A stretch of 64,000 nt of DNA from a virus (taxonomy: Duplodnaviria > Caudoviricetes), in IMG/VR virus record IMGVR_UViG_3300020477_000013, positions 32,001 to 96,000 of that record; one strand, given 5' to 3'. The translations under genes were made by a program, and so were the position numbers. The notes below the pieces were generated by a model. The model searched no databases. It was not told the origin of the DNA and was given only the letters and a program-made list of their open reading frames with translations. Below, one piece after another: positions 1-8,064 of this stretch (within the stretch, counting starts at the first letter, position 1; the number at the start of each line of letters is the position of its first letter).

Positions 1-1
1 G

Positions 2-187
2 GTTAACCCTAAGGATCAAAAAGAGATGGATCCAGCATCCTTACCCTCCGCAACTGATGGTACATACGGCTCTGGCGGATCTACTACAAATCCGGCCAAG
101 ACATCGCCGAAAATTGCCGGCTCTACTTTGGGTGAGTATCTGCTTAAGCCTCCTGGCGAAGCGCAATACCCGGGTACTGGGCGATAG
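2..187 (+). CDS. 3' end of a hypothetical protein (runs in from before the window)
   Basis: Open frame from position 2 to TAG at 185-187 (...GSGGSTTNPAKTSPKIAGSTLGEYLLKPPGEAQYPGTGR*), same strand as its neighbours. Confidence 0.6.
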   Translation, partial: VNPKDQKEMDPASLPSATDGTYGSGGSTTNPAKTSPKIAGSTLGEYLLKPPGEAQYPGTGR

Positions 188-213
188 AATTTCTTTCATA
201 GCTAGGAGACAGC

Positions 214-942
214 GTGAACCACAGGACGGTTGATTTTAATCCAACAGTGGCTAGCCTGGATTTTCTGGAAGATGCTTCGCTATTATCAGTTTCAGATTCT
301 GTTGAGATAGCGAAGCAGTTTCCGCTAAGTCCAATTATAGGCTCCCACGGAGGCTCTCCAAAGCTAACAGCCAATGAGGTTGCTCGACTATTTCGTTCTG
401 AGGTTATGAGGTGGGTTTTAACTGAGACTGGCATGGTCGATCCGGATAAAGTGAACCGCGTAGACCCCACTGCTGCAGCCTACTGGGGATTTACGTCACC
501 GTCAGTTCCCAATTTAGCATACCACCAAGACGGTAAGCAGTCGCTGCCAGAATATGATATTTTAGGTCATGGGTCTGGTGACCCACTAAATTCATTTGTC
601 CCTAATTTAATGTCGCCAAGCTTAAACACCCCATTTGATCCACTCAATATTCCACAGGGTTGGGATGAGGTAGAGAACACTGCATTATTGAGAAAATCTA
701 TAGAGATGGTGGACAACCTTAGGGGATCGTCATTTGGATCTGGACCTGGTACCGAGTTATCTCCATACGATGCAGCTAGAAATTTAGCGGGTAGTTCTCC
801 GTGGAGAGGCGGGTGGAAGGTAAATGCCGAGGATGTAGATGTGGGCATGATTAATTGGTATGAGATGGGATCTAGTGGAATGACAGATAATCATTTAGAA
901 TTTGATGACATGTCAAACCCTGTACCAGCCGGCGCAGGCTAA
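214..942 (+). CDS. hypothetical protein, probably virion-associated
   Basis: 242-aa Pro/Gly-rich ORF in the head gene cluster; no family recognised. Confidence 0.65.
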   Translation: MNHRTVDFNPTVASLDFLEDASLLSVSDSVEIAKQFPLSPIIGSHGGSPKLTANEVARLFRSEVMRWVLTETGMVDPDKVNRVDPTAAAYWGFTSPSVPNLAYHQDGKQSLPEYDILGHGSGDPLNSFVPNLMSPSLNTPFDPLNIPQGWDEVENTALLRKSIEMVDNLRGSSFGSGPGTELSPYDAARNLAGSSPWRGGWKVNAEDVDVGMINWYEMGSSGMTDNHLEFDDMSNPVPAGAG

Positions 943-976
943 TGTGCACTAGTGATACAACGATATAGTTATTATC

Positions 977-1603
977 ATGAGTGGAAAGAGTAAAATAGAT
1001 CAGCGGGGTAGTAACCCGAGCCATAGCCCTGTTTTTCAAGACGACAGGAAAGGGCTAGGGTACGGGCAGACATACCCTACTGGGTTTAATTCCACCAAGA
1101 GTTCACAGACATCATTTCCCTATAGGGATCCTGATCCATACGAAGATGATGAACCGATTGACTCATTCGATGATGATGAATTAGACATATTCATAAAGAA
1201 AGTCAATGGTGATATAATGCCTACAGATTTTATGGCAGGAAATAGCACTGATAGAACTTACTTTGTCGCTGGTAATACTAGGGGCCTAACAGGTGTAATG
1301 GAGTCAGGAGTTCCAGTTGCATCTAACAGCATTAGTGCATTGCCGGGCTGGTCAAAAAAGATTCAAGCCACATCAGGTGGGTATGGAACTAATGCTGCAT
1401 TTACCACGGGGCCTTATAAAAGAACAGGGACAACAATGGGTTATTCACATCGCCCACCACATGATGATGTTTATGATCCTGAAGAAGAATTGACTGCTTT
1501 CACCATTCAAGATATCCTACAGGATGATGAGCGTATCTTGGCTAAGACAAAACTAGTGCAAGATAAGATAGACAGGCTTAACAGGTTAGGTAATAATGTC
1601 TAG
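977..1603 (+). CDS. hypothetical protein
   Basis: 208-aa ORF; ATG lies 4 nt after a candidate late-promoter octamer (ATAGTTAT, 965-972). Confidence 0.7.
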   Translation: MSGKSKIDQRGSNPSHSPVFQDDRKGLGYGQTYPTGFNSTKSSQTSFPYRDPDPYEDDEPIDSFDDDELDIFIKKVNGDIMPTDFMAGNSTDRTYFVAGNTRGLTGVMESGVPVASNSISALPGWSKKIQATSGGYGTNAAFTTGPYKRTGTTMGYSHRPPHDDVYDPEEELTAFTIQDILQDDERILAKTKLVQDKIDRLNRLGNNV

Positions 1604-1820
1604 CTCAAGGGTCTACAATGTTGAAGTTCGTCTCGGAAAAAAGACACGCAATTTTAATCAATTACTGCGTAAGTTCATGAAAATGTGTAAAGAAGAAGGC
1701 ATAGTTCGTGAAGTTAAAGACCGCTCTTTTTATGAGTCAAAGGCCCAAAAAAGGCGCAGGAAGAAACATGCATCAAAGATGAGGCACAAGAAAAAGCGCC
1801 TCCAGGTAAAAGATAAGTGA
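1596..1820 (+). CDS. rpsU: phage-encoded ribosomal protein bS21
   Basis: 74 aa, very basic; LLRKFMKMCKEEGIVREVKDRSFYESKAQKRRRKK matches the bS21 pattern (LRRFKR..G...E.R.R.FYEKPS.KRKRK). Position beside scaffold and capsid genes is typical of phage bS21. Confidence 0.85.
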   Translation: MSSSRVYNVEVRLGKKTRNFNQLLRKFMKMCKEEGIVREVKDRSFYESKAQKRRRKKHASKMRHKKKRLQVKDK

Positions 1821-1839
1821 ATTAGCGGCTTTGATATGT

Positions 1840-1847
1840 ATATTTAA
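1840..1847 (+). promoter_or_regulatory. representative copy of the candidate late-promoter octamer (A)TANTTA(T/A)
   Basis: Recurs upstream of structural genes: 965, 1840, 5734, 6111, 7048, 8033, 9264, 12555, 19286, 19900, 21047, 21347, 26326; also 34910, 36608, 46303, 55513, 60898. Confidence 0.65.
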
Positions 1848-1869
1848 GTTAAACTTCTAGGAGTGTTTT

Positions 1870-3663
1870 ATGTCTAAACTCTTTAAAGAAGCCATCGCTG
1901 AGGCAAAACAGCTTCGGCACCTGGCTGAAGAGAATGCAAAAAATAAGATTATTGAGTCTATGACGCCAAAGATTAGGCACCTGATTGAACAGGAATTAAT
2001 GGATAGCGTCGAAGAAGATATCGTGGATGATCCTGATGGTGCTGGCGTTGGTGATATTTCTCCAATGGGTGATTTACTGCTAGCTGACACTGACACTGAG
2101 GAAGTGGATTCTATGTCATTTGATTTAGATGACCTTGCATCTTCAACGGACAATCCTCTTGTGTCGATACAGGTTGACGGTACCGCGAATATAGGCGTCG
2201 GCGCTGACACCGGTCTAGAGTCAGAGTCTTCTGAGGGGGATGATGATGAGCTTGTTGAGCTGACTAGCGAGTCCGCAAAGGCATTAGCAGGAATTTTAAA
2301 TTCTTCCTCCAGGGGGAAAAGTTCTTTTGTATTAGAAAGAAAAATTCGCCGTTTACAAACTAGGATTGCTAAGTTTGATAGGCTTTTAAGATGGGGAAAC
2401 TTGCAGGGTGCAAGTTCCTCCCTACGAGAGTCTGCCCGTAAACATTACACACAATTGTTAAAAGAAATGATAAGTTTACAGGGAGACGTAATATTTACTG
2501 AAGGAGCGACAGACAAGGATATTCGCTCGGGATTCAATCGACTAGTAAAGGAGATGAGGAAAATGTCAAGGCGACACGCAGAGACTCTATTTAACAGACT
2601 TTTTGAAGGTACTGATGAAGAAATTGAGGAAACAGGGGACGAGCAATTAGATGAGCTTGATCTCGTGTTTGCTGAGGATGACTTAGATGTCTTGGGTGTC
2701 GAGGCGCCTGAGGATGTCGATGTTACAACACTCGATGTTGGCGTTGAAATGGCCGGCGACGAAGAGGGTGGAGAAGAAGTTGACGTTGAAGAAGAGGAGG
2801 AAGAGATCGATCTTGAAGAGCTTGATATAATCCTCTCCGACGAAGACTTAGGCACTCTCGGCGTAGAAGACACAGAGGACGTCGATGTCACGATGCTCGA
2901 TGTTGGTGTTGAAATGGCCGGTGAAGAAGAAGGTGCTGAAGAGGAAGTTGAGATTGAGGATGACGAGGAGTTAGAGATATCCGAGTCTATGCTCCGTCGG
3001 GAACTTCGTCGTATGCGTCGTCTTCGTGAGCAGGATGAGGCAATTGATGCTGATCCTGCATTGGCACATGGAGGAGAAGATCTAGGTGATGTTATCGTTG
3101 ATGTAGATGAAGAAGATCTTATTAACGCACTTGCTGATGAGCTTGGTTCCGCCGACGTCGCCCCAACAGTCGAATCCAGAATACGGCGTAGAGTTGCCAG
3201 CAGGCGACGCTCCAGTCGAATTTCCGAATCTCGAGCCCGCCGCGCACCTAGGCGTCGCGTGGCTAATAAGGTAAATAAGAGCCGCAGAAATCGTGCTCTT
3301 ACCGGTAAGCTGCTTGAATACAAGAAGGCGGTTGGTTCCCTCCGCGGACAGCTTAACGAGATGAACCTGTTTAACGCTAAGCTTCTTTATGTAAATAAGC
3401 TAATGCAGAACAGGAATCTTTCGCCCAAGCAACAGAGGGCAATTGTCGAGGCATTAGATAATGCAAAGACTCTTAGGGAAGCCAAGTTGCTCTATAAGAG
3501 CTTAACTTCATCTCTCAATAAGCGCTCAACGCTTAAAGAGGGAGCAGTTCGCAGGACGCTCGGTTCATCTTCCAGATCAACCCGGTCGGCGCAGCCGTCC
3601 ACTAGTGGTGTTGAGGTAGATCGATGGGCTGTTCTTGCAGGTATTAACAACAAGAACAATTAA
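1870..3663 (+). CDS. prohead core/scaffolding protein (T4 gp22-like position)
   Basis: Very acidic, coiled-coil C-terminus (LRGQLNEMNLFNAKLLYVNKL...LREAKLLY), directly upstream of the major capsid gene; SD AGGAG. Confidence 0.75.
   Translation: MSKLFKEAIAEAKQLRHLAEENAKNKIIESMTPKIRHLIEQELMDSVEEDIVDDPDGAGVGDISPMGDLLLADTDTEEVDSMSFDLDDLASSTDNPLVSIQVDGTANIGVGADTGLESESSEGDDDELVELTSESAKALAGILNSSSRGKSSFVLERKIRRLQTRIAKFDRLLRWGNLQGASSSLRESARKHYTQLLKEMISLQGDVIFTEGATDKDIRSGFNRLVKEMRKMSRRHAETLFNRLFEGTDEEIEETGDEQLDELDLVFAEDDLDVLGVEAPEDVDVTTLDVGVEMAGDEEGGEEVDVEEEEEEIDLEELDIILSDEDLGTLGVEDTEDVDVTMLDVGVEMAGEEEGAEEEVEIEDDEELEISESMLRRELRRMRRLREQDEAIDADPALAHGGEDLGDVIVDVDEEDLINALADELGSADVAPTVESRIRRRVASRRRSSRISESRARRAPRRRVANKVNKSRRNRALTGKLLEYKKAVGSLRGQLNEMNLFNAKLLYVNKLMQNRNLSPKQQRAIVEALDNAKTLREAKLLYKSLTSSLNKRSTLKEGAVRRTLGSSSRSTRSAQPSTSGVEVDRWAVLAGINNKNN
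2650..2970 (+). repeat. internal tandem duplication (~165 nt, 55 aa) in the scaffold gene
   Basis: ELDLVFAEDDLDVLGVEAPEDVDVTTLDVGVEMAGDEEG vs ELDIILSDEDLGTLGVEDTEDVDVTMLDVGVEMAGEEEG; the DNA block ctcgatgttgg(c/t)gttgaaatggccgg occurs twice. Confidence 0.85.
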
Positions 3664-3706
3664 TCGATTTCAACACATAGTCAAAATTATTTAAGGAGAT
3701 ATAAAG

Positions 3707-5638
3707 ATGGCTAAGAATTTTTCACTAAATCAATTGACGGAGGGCATTCGCCAGCGCCACCTCGGTGCTCAGAACCGTCGTCTCGTTGATAAGTGGTCCC
3801 GTACCGGTCTTCTTCGTGGTTTGGATGGCGTTTCTAGAGAGAACATGTCCAGGCTTCTTGAGAATCAGGCTGGCCAGGTCCTTCGCGAGGCAAATTCACT
3901 TTCAACTGGTGGAGGAAACGTTTCGTCTTCCGGAGACCTTCGAGGCTTTAGCAATATTGCTTTCCCCCTCGTTCGTCGCGTTTTCGGCGGGCTCGTTGCG
4001 AATGAGCTAGTCTCCATCCAGCCAATGAGCCTTCCTTCCGGACTGCTCTTCTACTTGGATTACACATATGGCACCCAGGTTGGCGGCGGCGGCGGCCCCG
4101 GTAATAACAGTGCGGCATACATGTCGGGTACATCCATTTATAACCAGCCCGTTGGTAAGGGCGTAAGGTCAGGTTCACTGGGTATCGGTGGACAGTATAA
4201 CCTTGCTGGTTCGGGTTACTCACGTGTTAACGTAAGCACCGCAAAGGCCCTAGGTTATGGTGCCCTACACGCTTCTGGTGCCTACCAGGGCAACTCTTCG
4301 CTCCAGACGAACAGCAACGATGGTGTCTTCATGCACGCTACAGGTACTGATGGAAAGAACCTCCAGTTCGATCCACAGCTTGTTAATCTCATTGAAGATA
4401 CTCCGGCTGCAATTAATTCTGGTGCTACTTACTTGACGGTTGTTCTTAAGACAGCTGACATGACAGGTTCCGGAGACCAGAAGGGTGATCTTACACTTGC
4501 TAAGGAGTTTGCACTCTACGCGACTAATACAGAGACACTCCCGAATGGTCTTGCAACGATAAGCACCTCTGGTGCTAACGCTGTACAGTCTGGCCAGAAT
4601 CTTTTCAATGTTAGAAGGCTCACACAGGTTGGTGAGTGGGATGGCACAAGCTTTACCCCGAACCCACTTGTTGATAGGGACGCCTCAAATGGCGCTGTTC
4701 TTCTTATTTGCTCTGGTAACGGTCATGACACTTCCGACATGGACAGGGTTAGCCTTAGCTTCCCCCTTGATCCGGTCTTAAGCGCTGGTAGCGATGCTGA
4801 CAGCTTGACAATTCCGACATTTGAGTCTAACTTTGGCACTGATCCTTCTCCGGAGATTCCTGAGATTGATATTAAGGTTGAGTCAATTGCTGTTACCGCC
4901 GTTACACGTAAGTTACGTGCTCGCTGGTCACCAGAATTGGCACAGGATCTCAATGCTTACCACAGCCTTGACGCCGAGGTGGAGCTAACCCAGATTCTTT
5001 CTGAGCAAATTGCTCTAGAGATTGATAGGGAGATCTTGAATGACCTTCTTACCCAGGCAGCAACGACCCGTTACTGGTCACGCGCACCTGGTAAGTTTGT
5101 CAATCGTGAGACTGGTGCTGAGGTCAGCAAGTCTGATTCTCTTGCTCCTGGACCTGCTTTCACCGGTACGGTTCGAGAGTGGTATGAGACTCTTGTCGAG
5201 ACAGTCATTGATGTTGCCAATGAGATTCACAGGTTAACGCTTCGTGGGTCGGCTAACTTCGTTGTGGTTTCACCTGATGTTGCTACTATCCTCGAGGCCT
5301 CGGTCCTTTACAGGCCTGCTTACACCCTCGATGGTGATGGCCAGGTTGGTTCACCGTTCTCACTTGGTGCTGAGAAGGTTGGTACTCTTAGCAACCGCTT
5401 CACAGTCTACAAGGACCCTTACTTCCCACGGAACAAGGTCCTCGTTGGATACAAGGGCGGAAGCTATCTTGAGACTGGCTATGTCTATGCCCCGTATGTA
5501 CCCCTGATTGTTACTCCGACGATCTTTGCTCCTGAGGATTTCACCCCGCGTAAGGGTGTTATGACTCGCTACGGAAAGAAGATGGTTCGCAGCGACTTCT
5601 ATGGTACTGTTACGGTACTTGACCTCAACATCATCTAA
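3707..5638 (+). CDS. gp23: major capsid protein, T4 gp23-like, with a large central insertion
   Basis: FPLVRRVF..LVANELVSIQPMSLPSGLLFYLDY and EIDIKVESIAVTAVTRKLRARWSPELAQDLNAYHSLDAEVEL..ILSEQIALEIDREI are gp23 hallmarks; C-terminal YAPYVPL...F.PRKGVMTRYG. Confidence 0.95.
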   Translation: MAKNFSLNQLTEGIRQRHLGAQNRRLVDKWSRTGLLRGLDGVSRENMSRLLENQAGQVLREANSLSTGGGNVSSSGDLRGFSNIAFPLVRRVFGGLVANELVSIQPMSLPSGLLFYLDYTYGTQVGGGGGPGNNSAAYMSGTSIYNQPVGKGVRSGSLGIGGQYNLAGSGYSRVNVSTAKALGYGALHASGAYQGNSSLQTNSNDGVFMHATGTDGKNLQFDPQLVNLIEDTPAAINSGATYLTVVLKTADMTGSGDQKGDLTLAKEFALYATNTETLPNGLATISTSGANAVQSGQNLFNVRRLTQVGEWDGTSFTPNPLVDRDASNGAVLLICSGNGHDTSDMDRVSLSFPLDPVLSAGSDADSLTIPTFESNFGTDPSPEIPEIDIKVESIAVTAVTRKLRARWSPELAQDLNAYHSLDAEVELTQILSEQIALEIDREILNDLLTQAATTRYWSRAPGKFVNRETGAEVSKSDSLAPGPAFTGTVREWYETLVETVIDVANEIHRLTLRGSANFVVVSPDVATILEASVLYRPAYTLDGDGQVGSPFSLGAEKVGTLSNRFTVYKDPYFPRNKVLVGYKGGSYLETGYVYAPYVPLIVTPTIFAPEDFTPRKGVMTRYGKKMVRSDFYGTVTVLDLNII

Positions 5639-5662
5639 TTCTTATTAGAAAGAGATTGAGTT

Positions 5663-5697
5663 AAAGGGCACCCTTTTTTGGGGTGCCCTTTTTTTAT
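5663..5697 (+). terminator. Rho-independent terminator after the capsid gene
   Basis: AAAGGGCACCC / GGGTGCCCTTT stem followed by a T-run. Confidence 0.9.
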
Positions 5698-5760
5698 TTT
5701 TAGTTTTTCTTTTTCTTAGTTTAATGTTATAATGTATTTATAGAATTTTGGAGATAAGAG

Positions 5761-6078
5761 ATGCCATCATCTGTGAGAAAGTCTACTAAAGAGAAAGCAG
5801 CCTTAAAAAAGTCCGTTACACCAAAGAGTGTTAGTACTCCAAAGAAGTCGGCAACAAAGAAGGCGGTCACTAGAAAAAAAGCACCTGTGGCTCCACCACA
5901 ATCAACTCCAACAAAGACTACCAGCGCTAATAATACAACAGCTGCTTTAGAGAAAAGAATTGAGGTTCTTGAATCGAGGCTTACAACGCTTGTAAATGCT
6001 CTTCATACTGAGTTTAAGAGAGATATGAGAAAAGGCCCTCGAGGGGTTGCTAAGAGTATCGAGTCACTGCTCTCGTAA
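5761..6078 (+). CDS. basic Lys/Thr/Pro-rich protein with a C-terminal coiled coil
   Basis: N-terminal half KKSVTPKSVSTPKKSATKKAVTRKK; C-terminal half ALEKRIEVLESRLTTLVNAL. Confidence 0.7.
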   Translation: MPSSVRKSTKEKAALKKSVTPKSVSTPKKSATKKAVTRKKAPVAPPQSTPTKTTSANNTTAALEKRIEVLESRLTTLVNALHTEFKRDMRKGPRGVAKSIESLLS

Positions 6079-6122
6079 TGTCATTTTAGGCTGCTTTATT
6101 CTACAGTATAATATTTATCTGT

Positions 6123-6692
6123 ATGGATAAACCTAGTACCACTGGTAGCAATAGGAGTGATAGTTTACAAAAACTACACAAGCTATGTACTGAGCTGAAT
6201 GACAGAGATGATCAGCTTAAAAAAGATATTAATTTATTCGAGAGCTTTTTTACTAATTTTCCAGTCCCAGTAACAATGTGGTCGATAGGTAAAGATCATA
6301 CTGTTTTGTCTAAGAGAGGAAATGCTTTTACATGTGAAGAGGCCTCCACCTTAGATGATATCTTTAAGTGCCCGATTATCCGGGAACAATCAATAAAGAA
6401 ACATGAGCTCGCGCTGGAGGGAGACATAGTATCTTATTTTGTTGCTCACTCTAGCCATGTCTATTGGACTCGCCTGATCCCTAAGAAAAATAATGATGGT
6501 TCTATTGCCGGTGTTGTAGGAATTGCATGGGATGTTACATCGAATGCTATTATGTTATCTTCTCTAGAGAATGTAGTAGAGATGATAGAATCCGGTGAGT
6601 CGTTAGATGATATTAAACAGGAAGCGATGAGAGGAGTATCCAGTAGTCGCCTCAAGGCCCTTTTAGAGGATGAGGAGTCAATTGGTGGGTGA
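6123..6692 (+). CDS. PAS/PAC domain protein
   Basis: FFTNFPVPVTMWSIGKD... start and PAC-type end YWTRLIPKKNNDGSIAGVVGIAWDVT. Confidence 0.7.
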   Translation: MDKPSTTGSNRSDSLQKLHKLCTELNDRDDQLKKDINLFESFFTNFPVPVTMWSIGKDHTVLSKRGNAFTCEEASTLDDIFKCPIIREQSIKKHELALEGDIVSYFVAHSSHVYWTRLIPKKNNDGSIAGVVGIAWDVTSNAIMLSSLENVVEMIESGESLDDIKQEAMRGVSSSRLKALLEDEESIGG

Positions 6693-7011
6693 AGGAAACC
6701 AAAATGGATGGAATGAATATTCCAGACTTGTCTTAAAAGAGCTTGAAACCCTTGCAGATTCTATTGCAGGTTTAAGGTCTGAGCTACAAGAGGTGAAACA
6801 AGAGCTAGCCAAGATGCATGCTAGGGAAGATAAAGTAGACGAGCTTAAGCAGTGGAAAGAGAGGCTTGATGAGGTCTGTTCACCCCCTCAACTAAAAGAG
6901 CTAATAACGGAAGTCGAGAACCTAAAGACTTTTAAGACTAAGGCTATAGCATTTTTTACAGCAGCCCAGATCGCCACTGCACTTTTTGCATGGGCTGTAA
7001 ATTTCTTTTAA
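6670..7011 (+). CDS. coiled-coil protein with a C-terminal membrane anchor (holin/XhlA-like topology)
   Basis: Heptad pattern then hydrophobic tail AIAFFTAAQIATALFAWAVNFF; true start may be a few codons downstream. Confidence 0.6.
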   Translation: MRSQLVGEGNQNGWNEYSRLVLKELETLADSIAGLRSELQEVKQELAKMHAREDKVDELKQWKERLDEVCSPPQLKELITEVENLKTFKTKAIAFFTAAQIATALFAWAVNFF

Positions 7012-7127
7012 TTTCATCTGCATGTTGTTTTTTGGTTGTCATTGATCCTATTTATCGGTAGGCCCGGTCCAAATAATCACCTGACACCCGCAGGGGATCG
7101 GAATCATCGGGAGCAAGGAGAAAGATT

Positions 7128-7520
7128 ATGCCAAAAGTAGCCTATACAACAAAAAAGGGCCTCGTTCAATCAGGCGGTGGTGGATTCGTTAACGGATATT
7201 TCCAATCAGGTGGTAGTACTACATCAGCTGCCGATTCACTCGCGATTCCCGTAACCCACAGTGTGGTGGCAAAAACAACAGGCGGCGATGCTGAGACCCT
7301 AACACTAGCAAACGGCCAACCCGGACAAGTGTTAACCATTTATATTGCAACAGATGGTGGGGGCGACGGAACGCTGTCTGCGACCACGATGACCGGCTGG
7401 GCGACCATAGTTTTTGCTGACGCCGGTGATCGCGCAGTTCTTCAATATATCGATGATACTATCGGATGGATTATCCTTGGCCTTTCTGGTGTTGCTGGCC
7501 CTCCAGTAACAACTGTATAA
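7128..7520 (+). CDS. small beta-rich virion protein (possible capsid decoration), paralogue 1
   Basis: Gly/Thr-rich; shares the start MPK..YTT.KGLVQS and end GWATIVF.D.GDRAVLQYIDDTIGWIIL.LSGV with the next gene. Confidence 0.65.
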   Translation: MPKVAYTTKKGLVQSGGGGFVNGYFQSGGSTTSAADSLAIPVTHSVVAKTTGGDAETLTLANGQPGQVLTIYIATDGGGDGTLSATTMTGWATIVFADAGDRAVLQYIDDTIGWIILGLSGVAGPPVTTV

Positions 7521-7539
7521 TAGATAAGGGAGAAAGATC

Positions 7540-7920
7540 ATGCCAAAAATGACCTATACGACCTCGAAAGGTCTAGTTCAATCAAGGGGCTCCGGCGCTC
7601 AAAATTTGTACTACATGAATCCAGGAAGCACAACAGGCTCAGGTGCTGGTGCAGTTCCAATCACACATGCATATGTTGCGATGACAGCCGGTGGAACCGT
7701 TGCCTGGACTATTGCCGATGGACTTCCTGGCCAGGTCCTACAAATTTACTCAGTAGATGCAAATACGGGAACACTTACACCCGACACCTCAACAGGTTGG
7801 GCAACGATCGTGTTTACCGACATCGGTGATCGCGCAGTTCTTCAATATATTGATGATACTATCGGGTGGATAATTCTGAGCCTTAGTGGCGTCTCGGCGC
7901 CACCGACTTCAACAGTTTAA
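7540..7920 (+). CDS. small beta-rich virion protein, paralogue 2
   Basis: Tandem paralogue of 7128-7520 with a near-identical RBS region (GGAGAAAGAT-Y-ATG). Confidence 0.65.
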   Translation: MPKMTYTTSKGLVQSRGSGAQNLYYMNPGSTTGSGAGAVPITHAYVAMTAGGTVAWTIADGLPGQVLQIYSVDANTGTLTPDTSTGWATIVFTDIGDRAVLQYIDDTIGWIILSLSGVSAPPTSTV

Positions 7921-7944
7921 TATTCGTTGTCTGATGTCCTTAAT

Positions 7945-7976
7945 AGTCCCCTTCCTTCTGGTTGGGGGCTTTTTTT
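7945..7976 (+). terminator. Rho-independent terminator
   Basis: AGTCCCC...GGGGGCT stem then TTTTTT. Confidence 0.65.
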
Positions 7977-8064
7977 ATTCTTTGCTTGTTATGGTAATTC
8001 ATCATTTTTACTTTAAGAATCGTATACGTACAATAATTATAGCATAACATAAGTGAGATAGAAG

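Noticed and set aside
2445-3323. 292-aa reverse-strand ORF and many other minus-strand ORFs in the track
   Set aside because: They are antisense shadows of well-supported plus-strand genes (Ser-rich mirror of GAA/GAT codons) with no RBS or family motifs. Only 60081-60740 is a credible minus-strand gene.
7380-7900. Paired similar sequences as a possible diversity-generating retroelement TR/VR
   Set aside because: Differences are mostly synonymous third-position changes, not adenine-specific; both copies are intact genes; no reverse transcriptase is in the window.
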